The notes beneath the pieces are model-generated. The model had not been told where the DNA came from. It searched no databases and saw only the letters and a list, made by a program, of their open reading frames with translations. From an uncultured delta proteobacterium (GTDB taxonomy: Bacteria; Desulfobacterota; Syntrophia; Syntrophales; UBA2185): DNA of 64,000 bases. Shown one piece after another: positions 46,500 to 58,298 of the stretch. The translations under genes were made by a program, and so were the position numbers. Numbering within the stretch: the first letter of the stretch is position 1; the number at the start of each line of letters is the position of its first letter. Location of the stretch: NCBI GenBank assembly GCA_963729715.1, contig CAVSPA010000006.1, forward strand, positions 224,001 through 288,000. The letters run 5' to 3'.

Positions 46500-49400
46500 A
46501 TGAAAGACGAGATGAAGACAAAAAAGCAACTCATCGATGAACTGATAACCATCCGTAAACGAGTGGCGGAAGGTGAAGTATCAAAGGACAAACAAGAGTC
46601 CCATGGTGATTTACTGTTGAAAAGCGGTGAGCCCTTCCGATATTTCGTGGATAATGCTAATGATATCGTCTATTCTCTGACGTCTGACGGCTTCTTCACA
46701 TATGTCTCCCCCAATTGGACGGAAATACTGGGGCATGACATCCACGAAGTTGTAGGCCAGTCGTTCGAGTCCTTTGTGCATCCCGAGGATATTCCTCTCT
46801 GTCGCGCTTTTCTGGAACGGGTCGTAGCAACGGGAAAAAAGCAAGCTGGGGTCGAATATCGGGTGCAACATAAAGCTGGCGCATGGCGGTGGCATACTTC
46901 GAATGCTTCGCCCATGCGCAATTCCAATGATGAAACGCTTTCATATATGGGCATAGCTCGTGACATCACCGACCGCAAGCGGGCAGAGGAAGAACTCAGA
47001 GAGAACGAAGGGAAGTATAGATCCCTCTACCAGGAATTCCGTGGGATTCTCGATGCCATTCCTGATGGTCTAACTCTACTTTCGCCGGATTTGGAGATTG
47101 TTTGGGAGAATGAGCTGGCGAAGTCGGGGAATTTAGAGCATTCGGATGTTATCAGTCAACACTGTTACCATATAAAACATGGGCGATCAGAACCCTGTGA
47201 ATCATGTGTCGCGCCAGAGTGTCTGTCTTCCAGGCAGCCGAAGGTGGGAGAAAGCATAACTCCCGACGGAAGGATCTGGGAATTGCGTTTCTTCCCCTTC
47301 TTTGACGACAAGGGGGACGTAAAAGGAGTGATCGAGGTTGCTCACAATATCACCGAGCGGAAAAAAGCGGAGGACGCGCTGAGGGAATCGGAAAACCGAT
47401 ACCGGGCCATTTTTGAAACTACGGGGACCACAATGATGATCGTTGAGGAAGATATGACTATTTCCCTTGCAAACCATGGATTTGAAAGCCTGACCGGGTA
47501 CAAACGAGAGGAGATAGAAGGTAAGAAAAGGTGGACGGAATTCGTTGAAAAAGGTGATTTAGAAAAGATGTTCACGCAACATCAGTTGCGAAGGGCAGAT
47601 TCGGGTCTTGTGAAGAAAAGTTATGAGTTTCGACTTGTACACATAGACGGCCACCTGAAGAACATATTCTTAACCGTCGATGTGATACCGGGTACAAAGA
47701 GAAGTGTTGCTTCTCTTATGGACATCACTGACCGCAAGCAGGCAGAGGAGGCGCTCTGGGAGAGCGAGGCACGGTACAAACTGATCACTGACAACATGAC
47801 CGACACCGTATGGCTCATGGACATGAACCTTAAGACGACATGGTGCAGTCCATCTGTAGAGCGCAGCCGCGGATACAGTCTCGAGGAAATTAATGCCTTG
47901 CCGATGGAAAAACATGTCACTCCGGAATCAATAGAAATTATTCTCAAAACGTTATCAGAGGAATTGACGCCGGACAGGCTTCAGCAAAAGGATTTAAACA
48001 TATCAAGAGGACTGGAGTTGGAATTTTACAAAAAGGATGGATCCAGCTGTTGGAGTGAAGTCCGGTTTGCACTCCTCAGGGATCCCAAGGGAAGTCCCAT
48101 CGGCTTATTGGGTGTGGGACGTGACATCACAGAGCGCAACCGAATGGAACAGGCGTTACGGGAGAGCGAGGAGAGATACAGGTATCTTGTTAAGTATGCG
48201 CCTACCGGTATCTACGAGGTCGATTTAACAGCGCGAAAGTTCTTGAGCGTAAACGATGCCATGTGTCAGTACACCGGCTATACCAGAGAAGAATTTCTAT
48301 CGATGGACTCCGTGCAATTCCTCACCGAGGAAAGTCAGAGATCCCTTATACAAAGGCATTCCAAAGTCCTTGCGGGTGAGCCGGTCTCGGATAGCATCGA
48401 ATTACAGATAAAGCGCAAGAACGGCAGTGAGTTCTGTGGTATTCTCAATAGTCGCTACTTCCATGAACCGAACGATCGAATCCTTTCGACGGGCATCGTG
48501 CATGACATTACCGACCGGAAGCTGGCGGAGGAAGCCCTTCAGAAGTCGGAAGAAAAATACCGAACCATTCTGGAGAACATTGAGGAGGGCTATCACGAGG
48601 TAAACCTTGCCGGGAGCTTCACCTTTTTCAACGATTCATTCCAGGGGATTATGGGTTACAGCCGGGAAGAATTGATGGGCATGAGTTATAAGCAATATTC
48701 GGCTGATGAGGAAAATAGCCGGAATATTTTTCATGCCTACAACAAGGTCTACAGGACCGGAGGACCCTTAACGCGGTTTGAATGGGACATCATCAGAAAG
48801 GACGACGTGAGAAGAAGTCTTGAGGTATCTGCTTCTCTGATCAAGGACTCCTCGGGGAGGCCTCAGGGTTTTCGGGGGATCGTTACCGACATCACCGACC
48901 GTAAGCGCGCGGATGTTCAGCGCAGAGAAATGGAGGAACGTCTACGGCAAGCCGAGAAGATGGAGATGATAGGAATCCTGGCGGGAGGCGTGGCGCATGA
49001 TTTAAATAATGTTCTGGGCATCGTCATCGGCTACTCTGAGATGCTCCTTATGGATGCTAATCAGTCAGGATCGACGAGACCCAGTCTAGCGAAAATTATG
49101 AACGCGGGACAGAAGGCTGCTGCGATTGTGCAGGATCTGCTGACCCTGGCCAGAAGAGGAGTCCCTGGCAGAGAGGTTCTTAATCTGAATAAGATCATCG
49201 CCGAATGCCAGAAATCACCGGAGTTTGAGAAACTATCTTCTTACCACCCCTCTGTAAAGATCAAGACCGATCTTGATCCGCGTCTCTTGAATGTCTCTGG
49301 CTCTTCCGTGCATCTCGGCAAAACCTTATTCAATCTGGTTTCGAATGCGAGCGAAGCCATGCCGACAGGTGGCATTCTGACCATCAAAACGGCCAATCAG

Positions 49401-50090
49401 TATCTGGAGAAGCCCATTCATGGATATGATGAAGTCCGGGAGGGAGACTATGTCGTTCTTTCCATATCCGACACGGGTGAAGGAATACCGGCGGCTGATC
49501 TGAAACGCATCTTTGAGCCGTTTTACACAAAGAAGGTCATGGGGCGAAGCGGAACGGGATTGGGGTTGGCGGTGGTCTGGGGTACGGTGAAGGATCATTA
49601 CGGATACATTAACGTAGAGAGCGAAGAAGGGAAAGGGAGTACCTTTACCCTTTATTTTCCCGTAACGAGGAAAGACATCTCTGCTGAAGCTGTTGCCATA
49701 TCGATATCCGAATACATGGGGAAAGGCGAATCTATTCTCATTGTGGATGATGTTAAGGATCAGCGTGATCTGGCGGCAGGTATGCTCAGGAAGCTGAATT
49801 ACAATGTGTCGAGTGTTTCCAGTGGTGAGGAATCAATAGCGTACTTAAAGGAACACAAAATTGATCTCATGGTTCTCGACATGATTATGGACCCCGGTAT
49901 TGACGGACTGGACACCTACAGGAGTGTCCTTGAAATCCATCCGAAACAAAAAGCAATAATCGTGAGCGGTTTTTCGGAGACGGAGCGGGTGACTGTAGCC
50001 CAGACCCTCGGTGCGGGCGCCTATGTCAGAAAGCCCTATGTAATAGAAAAACTGGGACTTGCCGTGAGGACAGAGTTGGATAGAAAATAG
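46500..50090 (+). CDS. Multi-PAS hybrid sensor histidine kinase / response regulator
   Basis: Six PAS/PAC repeats (DITxRK), AHDLNN, FEPFYT, GTGLGL, receiver domain LDMIM...KP. Confidence 0.95.
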   Translation: MKDEMKTKKQLIDELITIRKRVAEGEVSKDKQESHGDLLLKSGEPFRYFVDNANDIVYSLTSDGFFTYVSPNWTEILGHDIHEVVGQSFESFVHPEDIPLCRAFLERVVATGKKQAGVEYRVQHKAGAWRWHTSNASPMRNSNDETLSYMGIARDITDRKRAEEELRENEGKYRSLYQEFRGILDAIPDGLTLLSPDLEIVWENELAKSGNLEHSDVISQHCYHIKHGRSEPCESCVAPECLSSRQPKVGESITPDGRIWELRFFPFFDDKGDVKGVIEVAHNITERKKAEDALRESENRYRAIFETTGTTMMIVEEDMTISLANHGFESLTGYKREEIEGKKRWTEFVEKGDLEKMFTQHQLRRADSGLVKKSYEFRLVHIDGHLKNIFLTVDVIPGTKRSVASLMDITDRKQAEEALWESEARYKLITDNMTDTVWLMDMNLKTTWCSPSVERSRGYSLEEINALPMEKHVTPESIEIILKTLSEELTPDRLQQKDLNISRGLELEFYKKDGSSCWSEVRFALLRDPKGSPIGLLGVGRDITERNRMEQALRESEERYRYLVKYAPTGIYEVDLTARKFLSVNDAMCQYTGYTREEFLSMDSVQFLTEESQRSLIQRHSKVLAGEPVSDSIELQIKRKNGSEFCGILNSRYFHEPNDRILSTGIVHDITDRKLAEEALQKSEEKYRTILENIEEGYHEVNLAGSFTFFNDSFQGIMGYSREELMGMSYKQYSADEENSRNIFHAYNKVYRTGGPLTRFEWDIIRKDDVRRSLEVSASLIKDSSGRPQGFRGIVTDITDRKRADVQRREMEERLRQAEKMEMIGILAGGVAHDLNNVLGIVIGYSEMLLMDANQSGSTRPSLAKIMNAGQKAAAIVQDLLTLARRGVPGREVLNLNKIIAECQKSPEFEKLSSYHPSVKIKTDLDPRLLNVSGSSVHLGKTLFNLVSNASEAMPTGGILTIKTANQYLEKPIHGYDEVREGDYVVLSISDTGEGIPAADLKRIFEPFYTKKVMGRSGTGLGLAVVWGTVKDHYGYINVESEEGKGSTFTLYFPVTRKDISAEAVAISISEYMGKGESILIVDDVKDQRDLAAGMLRKLNYNVSSVSSGEESIAYLKEHKIDLMVLDMIMDPGIDGLDTYRSVLEIHPKQKAIIVSGFSETERVTVAQTLGAGAYVRKPYVIEKLGLAVRTELDRK

Positions 50091-50222
50091 ATGGCTGCAT
50101 GAACTGCGCGACGCCCTATTTCATGAAGAAATAAATTTTGCGGAAAATTGGGACTAACTTTCAGGGAAAATGGAGTCGTCACCTTTCCTCTTCCTCTCCA
50201 AATCTCATTCCCCCCCCCACAC

Positions 50223-50249
50223 GTCATTCTCGCGGGGGCGGGAATCCAG
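50223..50249. repeat. GTCATT...GGAATCCAG REP-like palindrome
   Basis: GTCATTCTCGCGGGGGCGGGAATCCAG; same family as the IS1182 target and the element near 60100. Confidence 0.7.
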
Positions 50250-50282
50250 TTAATCTCTTGTCTGAACTTAGCATGGAGGTCA

Positions 50283-50771
50283 TTATAACTTTATCCGATT
50301 AGTACGCCCGTCTTTAGATAAAAAGAGGTCACGGCTGCCAAAGGTCGTTTCAATAGAGGCCTTTCCTTCTATCTTGTAAGGCAGGTCATGACCGGTGATA
50401 ATTGTTTTCAGGCTATCGCCCAGATCTTTAAACTTTGCAACGACAGATACCTGCACCTGCGTTGTTGATAATGAAGGGACGGGAATCTCCTTTTCCAGGT
50501 GGCCTGTTCCGATTTCCTTGTTATCAAGGAAAAGGACGTATTCGAAAGACTTGAGCGTAAGGTCAAAGCGGTTCGGATTTTGAACGTCGAGACCGATGAT
50601 AAGGTTCGCCTCCGTAAGGGAACTGGGGCGGAGGCTGACCGTGATTTCACGGAGGACGAAGGAGGGTTTTTCCATGATCCAGCTCAGACAGGACATGAGA
50701 CACATGGAAAGGGTGAGCAGGAACAATATACCAAGATTCCCCATCCATTTTTTTATATTCAGATGTTTCAT
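50283..50771 (-). CDS. LEA type-2 (WHy) domain lipoprotein
   Basis: LMSC lipobox-like; VQNPNRFDL, LPYKIEG; start uncertain. Confidence 0.82.
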   Translation of the reverse strand: MKHLNIKKWMGNLGILFLLTLSMCLMSCLSWIMEKPSFVLREITVSLRPSSLTEANLIIGLDVQNPNRFDLTLKSFEYVLFLDNKEIGTGHLEKEIPVPSLSTTQVQVSVVAKFKDLGDSLKTIITGHDLPYKIEGKASIETTFGSRDLFLSKDGRTNRIKL

Positions 50772-50805
50772 ACACTTTGAAAAAATATATATATATATGT
50801 TTAGT

Positions 50806-51132
50806 CTATTCGATATTGGCACTAACAACAGATGCCATTTGCATCATATCGATGGTCTGACCTTCCTTTAAATTTGTAAAATCAATTGATTTGCCAGTCT
50901 TGCTGGTAGTCTTAGTGTTGTTAAATATTTTAATTAATTTAGCGTCAGCCACAATATACTTGCCGGCATTTTCTGGTTTACCATTGATTATTTTGGTTTG
51001 TAGTTTGTTTGCTTTGATGTAATCCCACAATTTTTTTGTTATCTCAGTACGAGGAAGTGAGTTAGCACCCAGCAGTGCCGCCAATTCCGCTTTCAATTTT
51101 ACCGGTTTATTCAATCCTTTTTCTTCCGCCAT
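50806..51132 (-). CDS. Stand-alone SWIB/MDM2 domain protein
   Basis: LAALLG..LPRTEITKKLWDYIKANKLQ; TTGACA-18-TATACT promoter at 51221-51192. Confidence 0.88.
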   Translation of the reverse strand: MAEEKGLNKPVKLKAELAALLGANSLPRTEITKKLWDYIKANKLQTKIINGKPENAGKYIVADAKLIKIFNNTKTTSKTGKSIDFTNLKEGQTIDMMQMASVVSANIE

Positions 51133-51273
51133 GTTTCTGCCTCCGTTCTTTAAATTGTCTTAGTATTTTTTTGATCAAATATTGCGGGGGGAGTATAGGA
51201 ACTTTCGGTTCTGCATGTCAAGGCAATACTGACCGTAATATATGTGGTGATGAATGAAAACTGAAGGTATTCT

Positions 51274-52323
<1,050 letters not shown>

Positions 52324-52668
52324 TTACTTTTATTAACTGCCATTAGTCATGTATATCACTTTACCATGAAGAAGAGCAGATCACATTAAATTTTAAAAAC
52401 AAAAGACAGGGTTATATTGGCTACCTTTTTGTTTACCGCAACACAGTATTTAATCGGGACGATGTGGAAGTGCAGCTACTTTTTTTTTGACACATAACGA
52501 ACTCCCGCTTATACTTCAACAACAAAAGAACAAGGTCTTATCAGAAAGATTAAATCAGATGCGGCTTGCTGAGAAAGAACGTTATGGGCGTAATCGATAA
52601 CAGAGAAACAGCAGGGGAAATCCGGCGACCGTTGAAGGAAAATGCACAAGAAAGACAGGACAAGGGAG

Positions 52669-53850
52669 ATGACTGAAAAAAAACGTGTGATAAGGCGTGT
52701 CGCACGTCCGGCCAGTGAACGGAAAATATCAATGAACTGCTTTGCCGCAGTACCGCGAGGAGCCGAAGAGGTCGCCGCAGCCGAGTTACAGGCTCTGGAT
52801 ATTCCAGGGGCAAGCGCAGGACGGGGTGGTGTGTCATTTGTCACCGACCATGCCGGTCTGTATCGTGCCAATCTCTGGTTGCGTACCGCCAGTCGGATAT
52901 TGGTAAATATAGCCACGTTTCCCTGTGCATCGCCTGAGGAACTATACGTCGGTGTGCACGGCATTATCTGGCATGATTTAATAACGCCTTCCATGACGCT
53001 TGCAGTGGACTGTACGTTACGGGATTCGGCTATCACTCATTCCGGATTTGTCGCTCTCAAGACCAAGGATGCTATTGTTGATCGTATTCGCAAGCATTGT
53101 GGTACTCGTCCCAGCGTGAACACATCATCACCGGATGTTCGTATAAATATTCATTTGGCAAGAAATGTCTGTAAGGTATCTTTGGATAGTTCCGGCGATG
53201 CACTTGATCGTCGTGGCTATCGTCTTGAGCGCACTGAGGCTCCCCTGCGGGAAACCTTGGCATCTGCCATTATTGCTCTGACCGGCTGGGACGGCGCAAT
53301 GCCCTTGGCTGATCCCATGTGTGGATCGGGTACCATTCCCATTGAAGCGGGATTTTTTGCAGGACGGGTGGCTCCTGGGCGTCACCGGTCATTTGGTTTC
53401 CAGCGCTGGCTGGATTTTGACGCCGGATTATGGGATCGGATTTTGGCTGATGCTGAAAAAGGTATTCAGAAGCTGCCTGAAGGGCTTATTACGGGATATG
53501 ATAGGGATAGTCGTGCGCTTGCACTGGCACGTCGCAACGTTGATGCAGCAGGGTTTAAAGGGCAGATACACTTCTTTCATTCGGCCTTGGATGAGTTTAA
53601 GCCGGAAGGTGATAAAGGAGTGGTGATAATTAACCCCCCTTACGGCAAGAGGTTGGGTGATGTTGAGAAGCTCAAGGATCTTTATCGCCAGATTGGTGAT
53701 ATAATGAAGCAGCGTTGCCGGGGATGGACAGGGTTTGCATTGACCGGGAATCTGGAACTAGCCAAACACATCGGCCTCAAGGCATCACGTCGGTTTGTGT
53801 TATTCAATGGGCCGATTGAATGCCGTCTCCTCAGGTATGAGCTGTATTAA
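52669..53850 (+). CDS. THUMP-domain RNA methyltransferase (RlmL-like)
   Basis: RANLWLRTASR, LDSSG..L.RRGYR, APLRETLA, DPMCGSGTIPIEA, NPPYG. Confidence 0.92.
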   Translation: MTEKKRVIRRVARPASERKISMNCFAAVPRGAEEVAAAELQALDIPGASAGRGGVSFVTDHAGLYRANLWLRTASRILVNIATFPCASPEELYVGVHGIIWHDLITPSMTLAVDCTLRDSAITHSGFVALKTKDAIVDRIRKHCGTRPSVNTSSPDVRINIHLARNVCKVSLDSSGDALDRRGYRLERTEAPLRETLASAIIALTGWDGAMPLADPMCGSGTIPIEAGFFAGRVAPGRHRSFGFQRWLDFDAGLWDRILADAEKGIQKLPEGLITGYDRDSRALALARRNVDAAGFKGQIHFFHSALDEFKPEGDKGVVIINPPYGKRLGDVEKLKDLYRQIGDIMKQRCRGWTGFALTGNLELAKHIGLKASRRFVLFNGPIECRLLRYELY

Positions 53851-53870
53851 TACAACAAATGGCGCCTGCT

Positions 53871-54128
53871 TCAAGCGGGCAAAGCTGTTGTGCACATCTC
53901 CGCACCGTGATTTCTATCAAGGCTTTCTTTTTGGCTGCTTATCAAGCTGGTGTTGTGACTTTTGTTTGTGTTTTTCGGCGTTCTGTTTCTGAGCTTTTTC
54001 CTTATCTTTCTTGCCGCCCTTGTCTCCCATTCTGTCTCTCCTTTTCCTGCGTCCAAAACATCTTCTCGCAGCGTGGTTTCCGTTGCAACTACAATAGTCC
54101 CATCATTGTTAATTGTAATCTTGCACAT
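53871..54128 (-). CDS. Small hypothetical protein
   Basis: 85-aa ORF filling an intergenic gap; no recognisable motif. Confidence 0.3.
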   Translation of the reverse strand: MCKITINNDGTIVVATETTLREDVLDAGKGETEWETRAARKIRKKLRNRTPKNTNKSHNTSLISSQKESLDRNHGAEMCTTALPA

Positions 54129-54411
54129 TTTTCAAAATCCGTCAATTACCGCTTTCGGGAAGAAATATATTAACCAGTATCTTTAATAGAATATAAAAAA
54201 TGGTACTTTTCTCCACAACCGATATTTTTAATAACCTGTATCGGAGCTATTTCTGCACCGAGGGATACAAAATGGCAGAAATCTAACTTTGAATGTGGTA
54301 CAATTTCCAGGGGCAGGTCATGATGTACACTGAGTGGAAAAGATAAAAGATTATTTGGGAAGAGTCACTCTAAAATTGAAGTGTCAACTTCAAACTATAG
54401 GAAGGTAATCC

Positions 54412-55056
54412 ATGAGGCTCAAAATACCCTACTACGCCCAGAGTTCCGAATTCAGCTGTGGTCCCGCTTGTGTGCTGATGATTTTCAAGTTTTTTAACAC
54501 CCGCCTTAAGCTGAACCGCACCCTGGAGTTTGAGGTATGGCGTCAATGCAACATGATCGGGGTAAAAGGCGCAGACCCTTTCGGGATGAGTGTTCCGCTG
54601 TTAGATGCCGGCTATAATGTCCACCTGTTGACGCAACGCAGGAGTATGATCGACCATGATTTGTGGAGGAGCAGGATTCAGGAACATGGGTTGACCCCGG
54701 AAGACGAGGATTTAGCTGTTTTCGGTATTGCCGAGAACAAGAAGCGCGCTCTGGGTCGTGGCTTGACTGTGGTGTACAGCCGATTGACGGTCGGGCGGGT
54801 CGCTCAGTTCTTCTATGAAGGGTTCATCCCGATAGCATTGGTACACATGGGAGTGGTACACCAGCTGGACATACCTCATTGGGTAGTAGTGACGGATGTC
54901 GGAGATGATCACGTAGCCTTCAATGACCCTTATCCTCCCAAAGGGGGAAAGAACATTTGCGTGAGCCGGGAGGAATTCCAGCAGATGCTTGGTGATGTTG
55001 GAACTGGGTTCGGTCTGAGCCCATCGGTTATCTTTATCAGAAACTGCAACCAGTGA
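54412..55056 (+). CDS. Peptidase C39-like family protein
   Basis: PYYAQSSEFSCGPAC, PHWVVV, NDP catalytic-like triad. Confidence 0.85.
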   Translation: MRLKIPYYAQSSEFSCGPACVLMIFKFFNTRLKLNRTLEFEVWRQCNMIGVKGADPFGMSVPLLDAGYNVHLLTQRRSMIDHDLWRSRIQEHGLTPEDEDLAVFGIAENKKRALGRGLTVVYSRLTVGRVAQFFYEGFIPIALVHMGVVHQLDIPHWVVVTDVGDDHVAFNDPYPPKGGKNICVSREEFQQMLGDVGTGFGLSPSVIFIRNCNQ

Positions 55057-55098
55057 AGGAACCGAACTTTGCAAATACAAAAAGATAAAGCCGAGCCT

Positions 55099-56010
55099 TT
55101 AAGATTTTATCGTAAGGCAGTAAGACTTTAGCATCTCAACGGGATGATAGGATTTCTTCGATTGGGCCAGGGTGGCAAGGCCCATATCGCTCTCTTTGTT
55201 CATAAACATATATCCATGGAAGAGTTCCTTAGCACACTCATTGTCCAGAAACTGGTAAAGACCTTTGATATAGGGATAGGCCTTTTCAAAATTGAGGATG
55301 CCCATATCCTGCGTTAAATGGGACATGATGGCAAAGGCGCAGATCTCACCGTCTATCCGGACGCACAACCCTCGCCAGTCCAGCTCTTCCATGGTATGGA
55401 GAGCCTCAATAACTGCCGCTTTCTCACAGGCCATATTTTCCTTCTGCTCTTTGTCACATTCCTGCAGATCACACCATTTTTCAAGAAAGTCGAGACACGG
55501 GGAAACATCTTTTTCTGTGATCATCCCCGTGGCCACTCGCTTGTCATCAACATATACACGTGTAAACTGGTGAATCAGATTCCGTTTTTTTGCGTATCGA
55601 TTTCCCTTGAGTTCGACAAGATCCTGGGTGAGATAGAGATAGTCCTCATACTCTTTCTGCTCAGTGATATTGAAATAAGGATCGAAGGCGCTGTCTCCCA
55701 CCTCTTGCAAATAATCCTCAGGAACGAAACATATCCGCGCACATCCCATCGTCATGACGAGTTCTTTCAGGGCAACGGGTGTAGGCCGACCATGCCCACC
55801 GACGGGCAGAATCATGTATCCTTTGTCGTCATTGTCCCTGATTTTCTTGGTCACGACGACCACCTCGCCATGGACAATCTCGTAATAAGATTCGAAGCAG
55901 TAGCCGTTCCAGGCAATGATCGAAGGCAGGGAATAGGTGCTGAGGCGGTGCGGCTGACGTTCAAAGAAGCTCTTCAACAACGGATAGTCTTTTTTGGATA
56001 GTGGCTTCAT
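55099..56010 (-). CDS. DUF2156 / aminoacyl-phosphatidylglycerol synthase C-terminal-like protein
   Basis: DYLY...DL.ELKG..Y.KKRN, FEKA, GLYQF, NKESDMG..L..SK.SYHP. Confidence 0.88.
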   Translation of the reverse strand: MKPLSKKDYPLLKSFFERQPHRLSTYSLPSIIAWNGYCFESYYEIVHGEVVVVTKKIRDNDDKGYMILPVGGHGRPTPVALKELVMTMGCARICFVPEDYLQEVGDSAFDPYFNITEQKEYEDYLYLTQDLVELKGNRYAKKRNLIHQFTRVYVDDKRVATGMITEKDVSPCLDFLEKWCDLQECDKEQKENMACEKAAVIEALHTMEELDWRGLCVRIDGEICAFAIMSHLTQDMGILNFEKAYPYIKGLYQFLDNECAKELFHGYMFMNKESDMGLATLAQSKKSYHPVEMLKSYCLTIKS

Positions 56011-56441
56011 CGCTTAGAATCAATCTTTAGCAGCATCGGCAGAGAAAAGGGCATTTCCTCAAATCCAATTTTTCGGTAGAAGGAATGGGTGCGATTTTGA
56101 GCGATCAAACCGATCCACCGCATGTTGTCATTAGAGAGACGGCCCACGATTTTTTCGACAATCTTTGTTCCGATCCCCTGATGTCGAAGTCGGGGAAAAA
56201 CGGTCACATCGTGAATATAGGCGTCATTCACACGATCGCTGATTGCCCGACCCATCCCCACAATCTCGTTTCCGTCTCTGACGGTCAGAAAGCAGTGACT
56301 CCCCGAAACGATGCGACGGATCAGTTCGTGATCTCCGTTATCCCGCTCATCCCACCAGCCCGCTTCCCGGTATAAGACCGTGATCTGCTCGATTTCCCCA
56401 GGATTGGGGTCGGTTATGAACTGATATTTATGCGTTATCAT
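56007..56441 (-). CDS. GNAT N-acetyltransferase
   Basis: VGMGRAISD, YIHDVTV, RHQGIG, FYRKIGF; overlaps the DUF2156 start. Confidence 0.9.
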   Translation of the reverse strand: MITHKYQFITDPNPGEIEQITVLYREAGWWDERDNGDHELIRRIVSGSHCFLTVRDGNEIVGMGRAISDRVNDAYIHDVTVFPRLRHQGIGTKIVEKIVGRLSNDNMRWIGLIAQNRTHSFYRKIGFEEMPFSLPMLLKIDSKR

Positions 56442-56664
56442 GTTGATAATGGTCGATGTACATCTTCCAGACGGCAAATAGCAGAGAGGTGATAACCGGA
56501 CATAGGACGATATGTGGCTACCATGGCAAAGCGCCATGACGACTAAGCATTAATCCGTCTGCCTTTTATAAAAAACTATCAAACATGAATAAATAAATCA
56601 AGGTTAACGTTAAGGTCACCGAGACCATCTTCATCGTGGACCTCCCCATGTCATTCCCGACGTG

Positions 56665-58000
56665 GAGACTGTGTCGTAATTAGGTAAATGCATAATCAAG
56701 CTCTTTGACAAAAAGATATCAGGTTTAGGAGAAAAAGCTGTAACACAAGCCACATTGATATGATAGAGTTTTTCCGAAAGGAGAAACAGCATGGCATATC
56801 GAAGTGGCGATCGTCAGCAGATGAGTTTACTTCCCCAGAGCATTGAAGAATATGTGGCTGAGGATGATCCTGTCAGGGCCTATGACGCCTTTGTTGAAGC
56901 TGTTGATTTCCATGAACCGGGAATCAATATCAATCCGTACAAGGTAGGCCATGCCGAATACGATCCCCGGTCAATGCTCAAGCTGCTTGTATATGGCTAT
57001 TCGTACGGCGTGAAGAGTTCCCGTAAGCTGGAGAGGGAGTGTTACCATAACATAGCCTTTATCTGGCTCATGGGCGGTTTGAAACCTGACCATAAGACGA
57101 TAGCGGAGTTCCGGCGCCGGAACAAGAAAGCGTTGAAAAAGGTTTTACGACACTGTGCCCAGGTATGCATCAAACTGGAACTGATCGCCGGCAATGTTCT
57201 GTTTGTTGACGGCACGAAGATTAGGGCAAATGCCGGACGTAATCGCACTTATGACCGAACCTATTATGAAAAGCTTCTGGCTAACCTTGACAGCCGTATT
57301 GAGCAGTTGCTCGCCGATTGTGAGACTACCGACAAGTCAGAGGAAGGCACATCCTCTGAGGTTGCGATGGACAAAGAGTTGGCTAAGAATCAGAATTTGA
57401 AAGAGCGGATCAAGGAGGCCCTTAAATCTTTTGCATCAAGCGATAGGAAGCAAGTCAATCAGACTGATCCTGATTGCGCCATGATGCACAGTGTTCAGGG
57501 CAGTCATGCCGGTTATAATGTCCAGAGCGTAGTGGATGATGAACACGGCCTTATCGTTCAGGCAGAAGCGGTAAGCGACGCCAACGATGTACGGCAGTTT
57601 GCCCGGCAGATCGATCAGGCCAATGAACTGTTGGAGGCGCCCTGCAAAGTGGCGTGCGCCGATGCCGGATATAGGGATACCGTTGAATTGGAGAAGATTG
57701 ATCAACAGGAGATAAAGGTTATTGTTCCATCACAGCGGCAAGCATTACACGAGGCAGAAAGTCCATTCAGCAAGAGCCATTTTACCTATGATAAAGAGAT
57801 GGATTGCTATATATGCCCGGAAGGACACAGATTGCTTTATAGTTTTACCAATAAGAGAAAAGGCAAGCGGCAATATCGGACGGATATGAGTTGACAGCGC
57901 CTGAAATCTTTTCATGTTACAGCGCGTGACGATTTCCTAATATTTTTTTGTCAAAGAGCGCTTATGTTACAAAGGGCCTAATCTATTATGACACAGTCTC
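56665..58000 (+). mobile_element. IS1182-family element, internally deleted (1336 bp)
   Basis: 16-bp terminal IRs GAGACTGTGTCGTAAT / ATTATGACACAGTCTC (15/16 match) and subterminal IRs 56700-56723 / 57936-57959 (22/24 match). Confidence 0.9.
56791..57894 (+). pseudogene. C-terminally truncated IS1182 transposase
   Basis: YDP..MLKLLVYGY, SSRKLE, PDHKTIAEFR, VDGTKI, TDPD, YNVQ, ADAGY, CPEG; stops before the last DDE segment. Confidence 0.85.
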
Positions 58001-58026
58001 TTGATCGGGAATCCAGTCCACCTGTT

Positions 58027-58183
58027 GTCATTTCGACTCCCTCGCTTCACTCGGGATAAACTCCGGGAGAAATCCTTGTCCCGACCGAAGAGAGAGATCT
58101 TCTATATTCCTCACATTAGTTCAGAGTTACCAGATTCCAATTTTTATGTCCGCCCCCTTTGTCAAAGGGGGCAATGGGTGATT
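58027..58183. repeat. Cluster of REP-like palindromes
   Basis: GTCATTTCGAC...GGGAGAAATC, CGACCGAAGAGAGAGATCT and CCCCCTTTG-T-CAAAGGGGG. Confidence 0.55.
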
Positions 58184-58298
58184 TCCCTCTGCATACCAAA
58201 AATAACTTGATTTTTTATTGGCCATCGTTATTGTTGATGAACAGATATATGGATAAGAACTAATTGCAAATATTAATTGTCAAAGCCCTCATATACAA

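Noticed and set aside
50785..50798. (AT)7 microsatellite as a phase-variation switch
   Set aside because: Short, intergenic and in an AT-rich context; no evidence of length variation
53850..53873. TGA read-through of the 85-aa ORF
   Set aside because: Only 7 more codons before TAA; no redox motif or convincing SECIS
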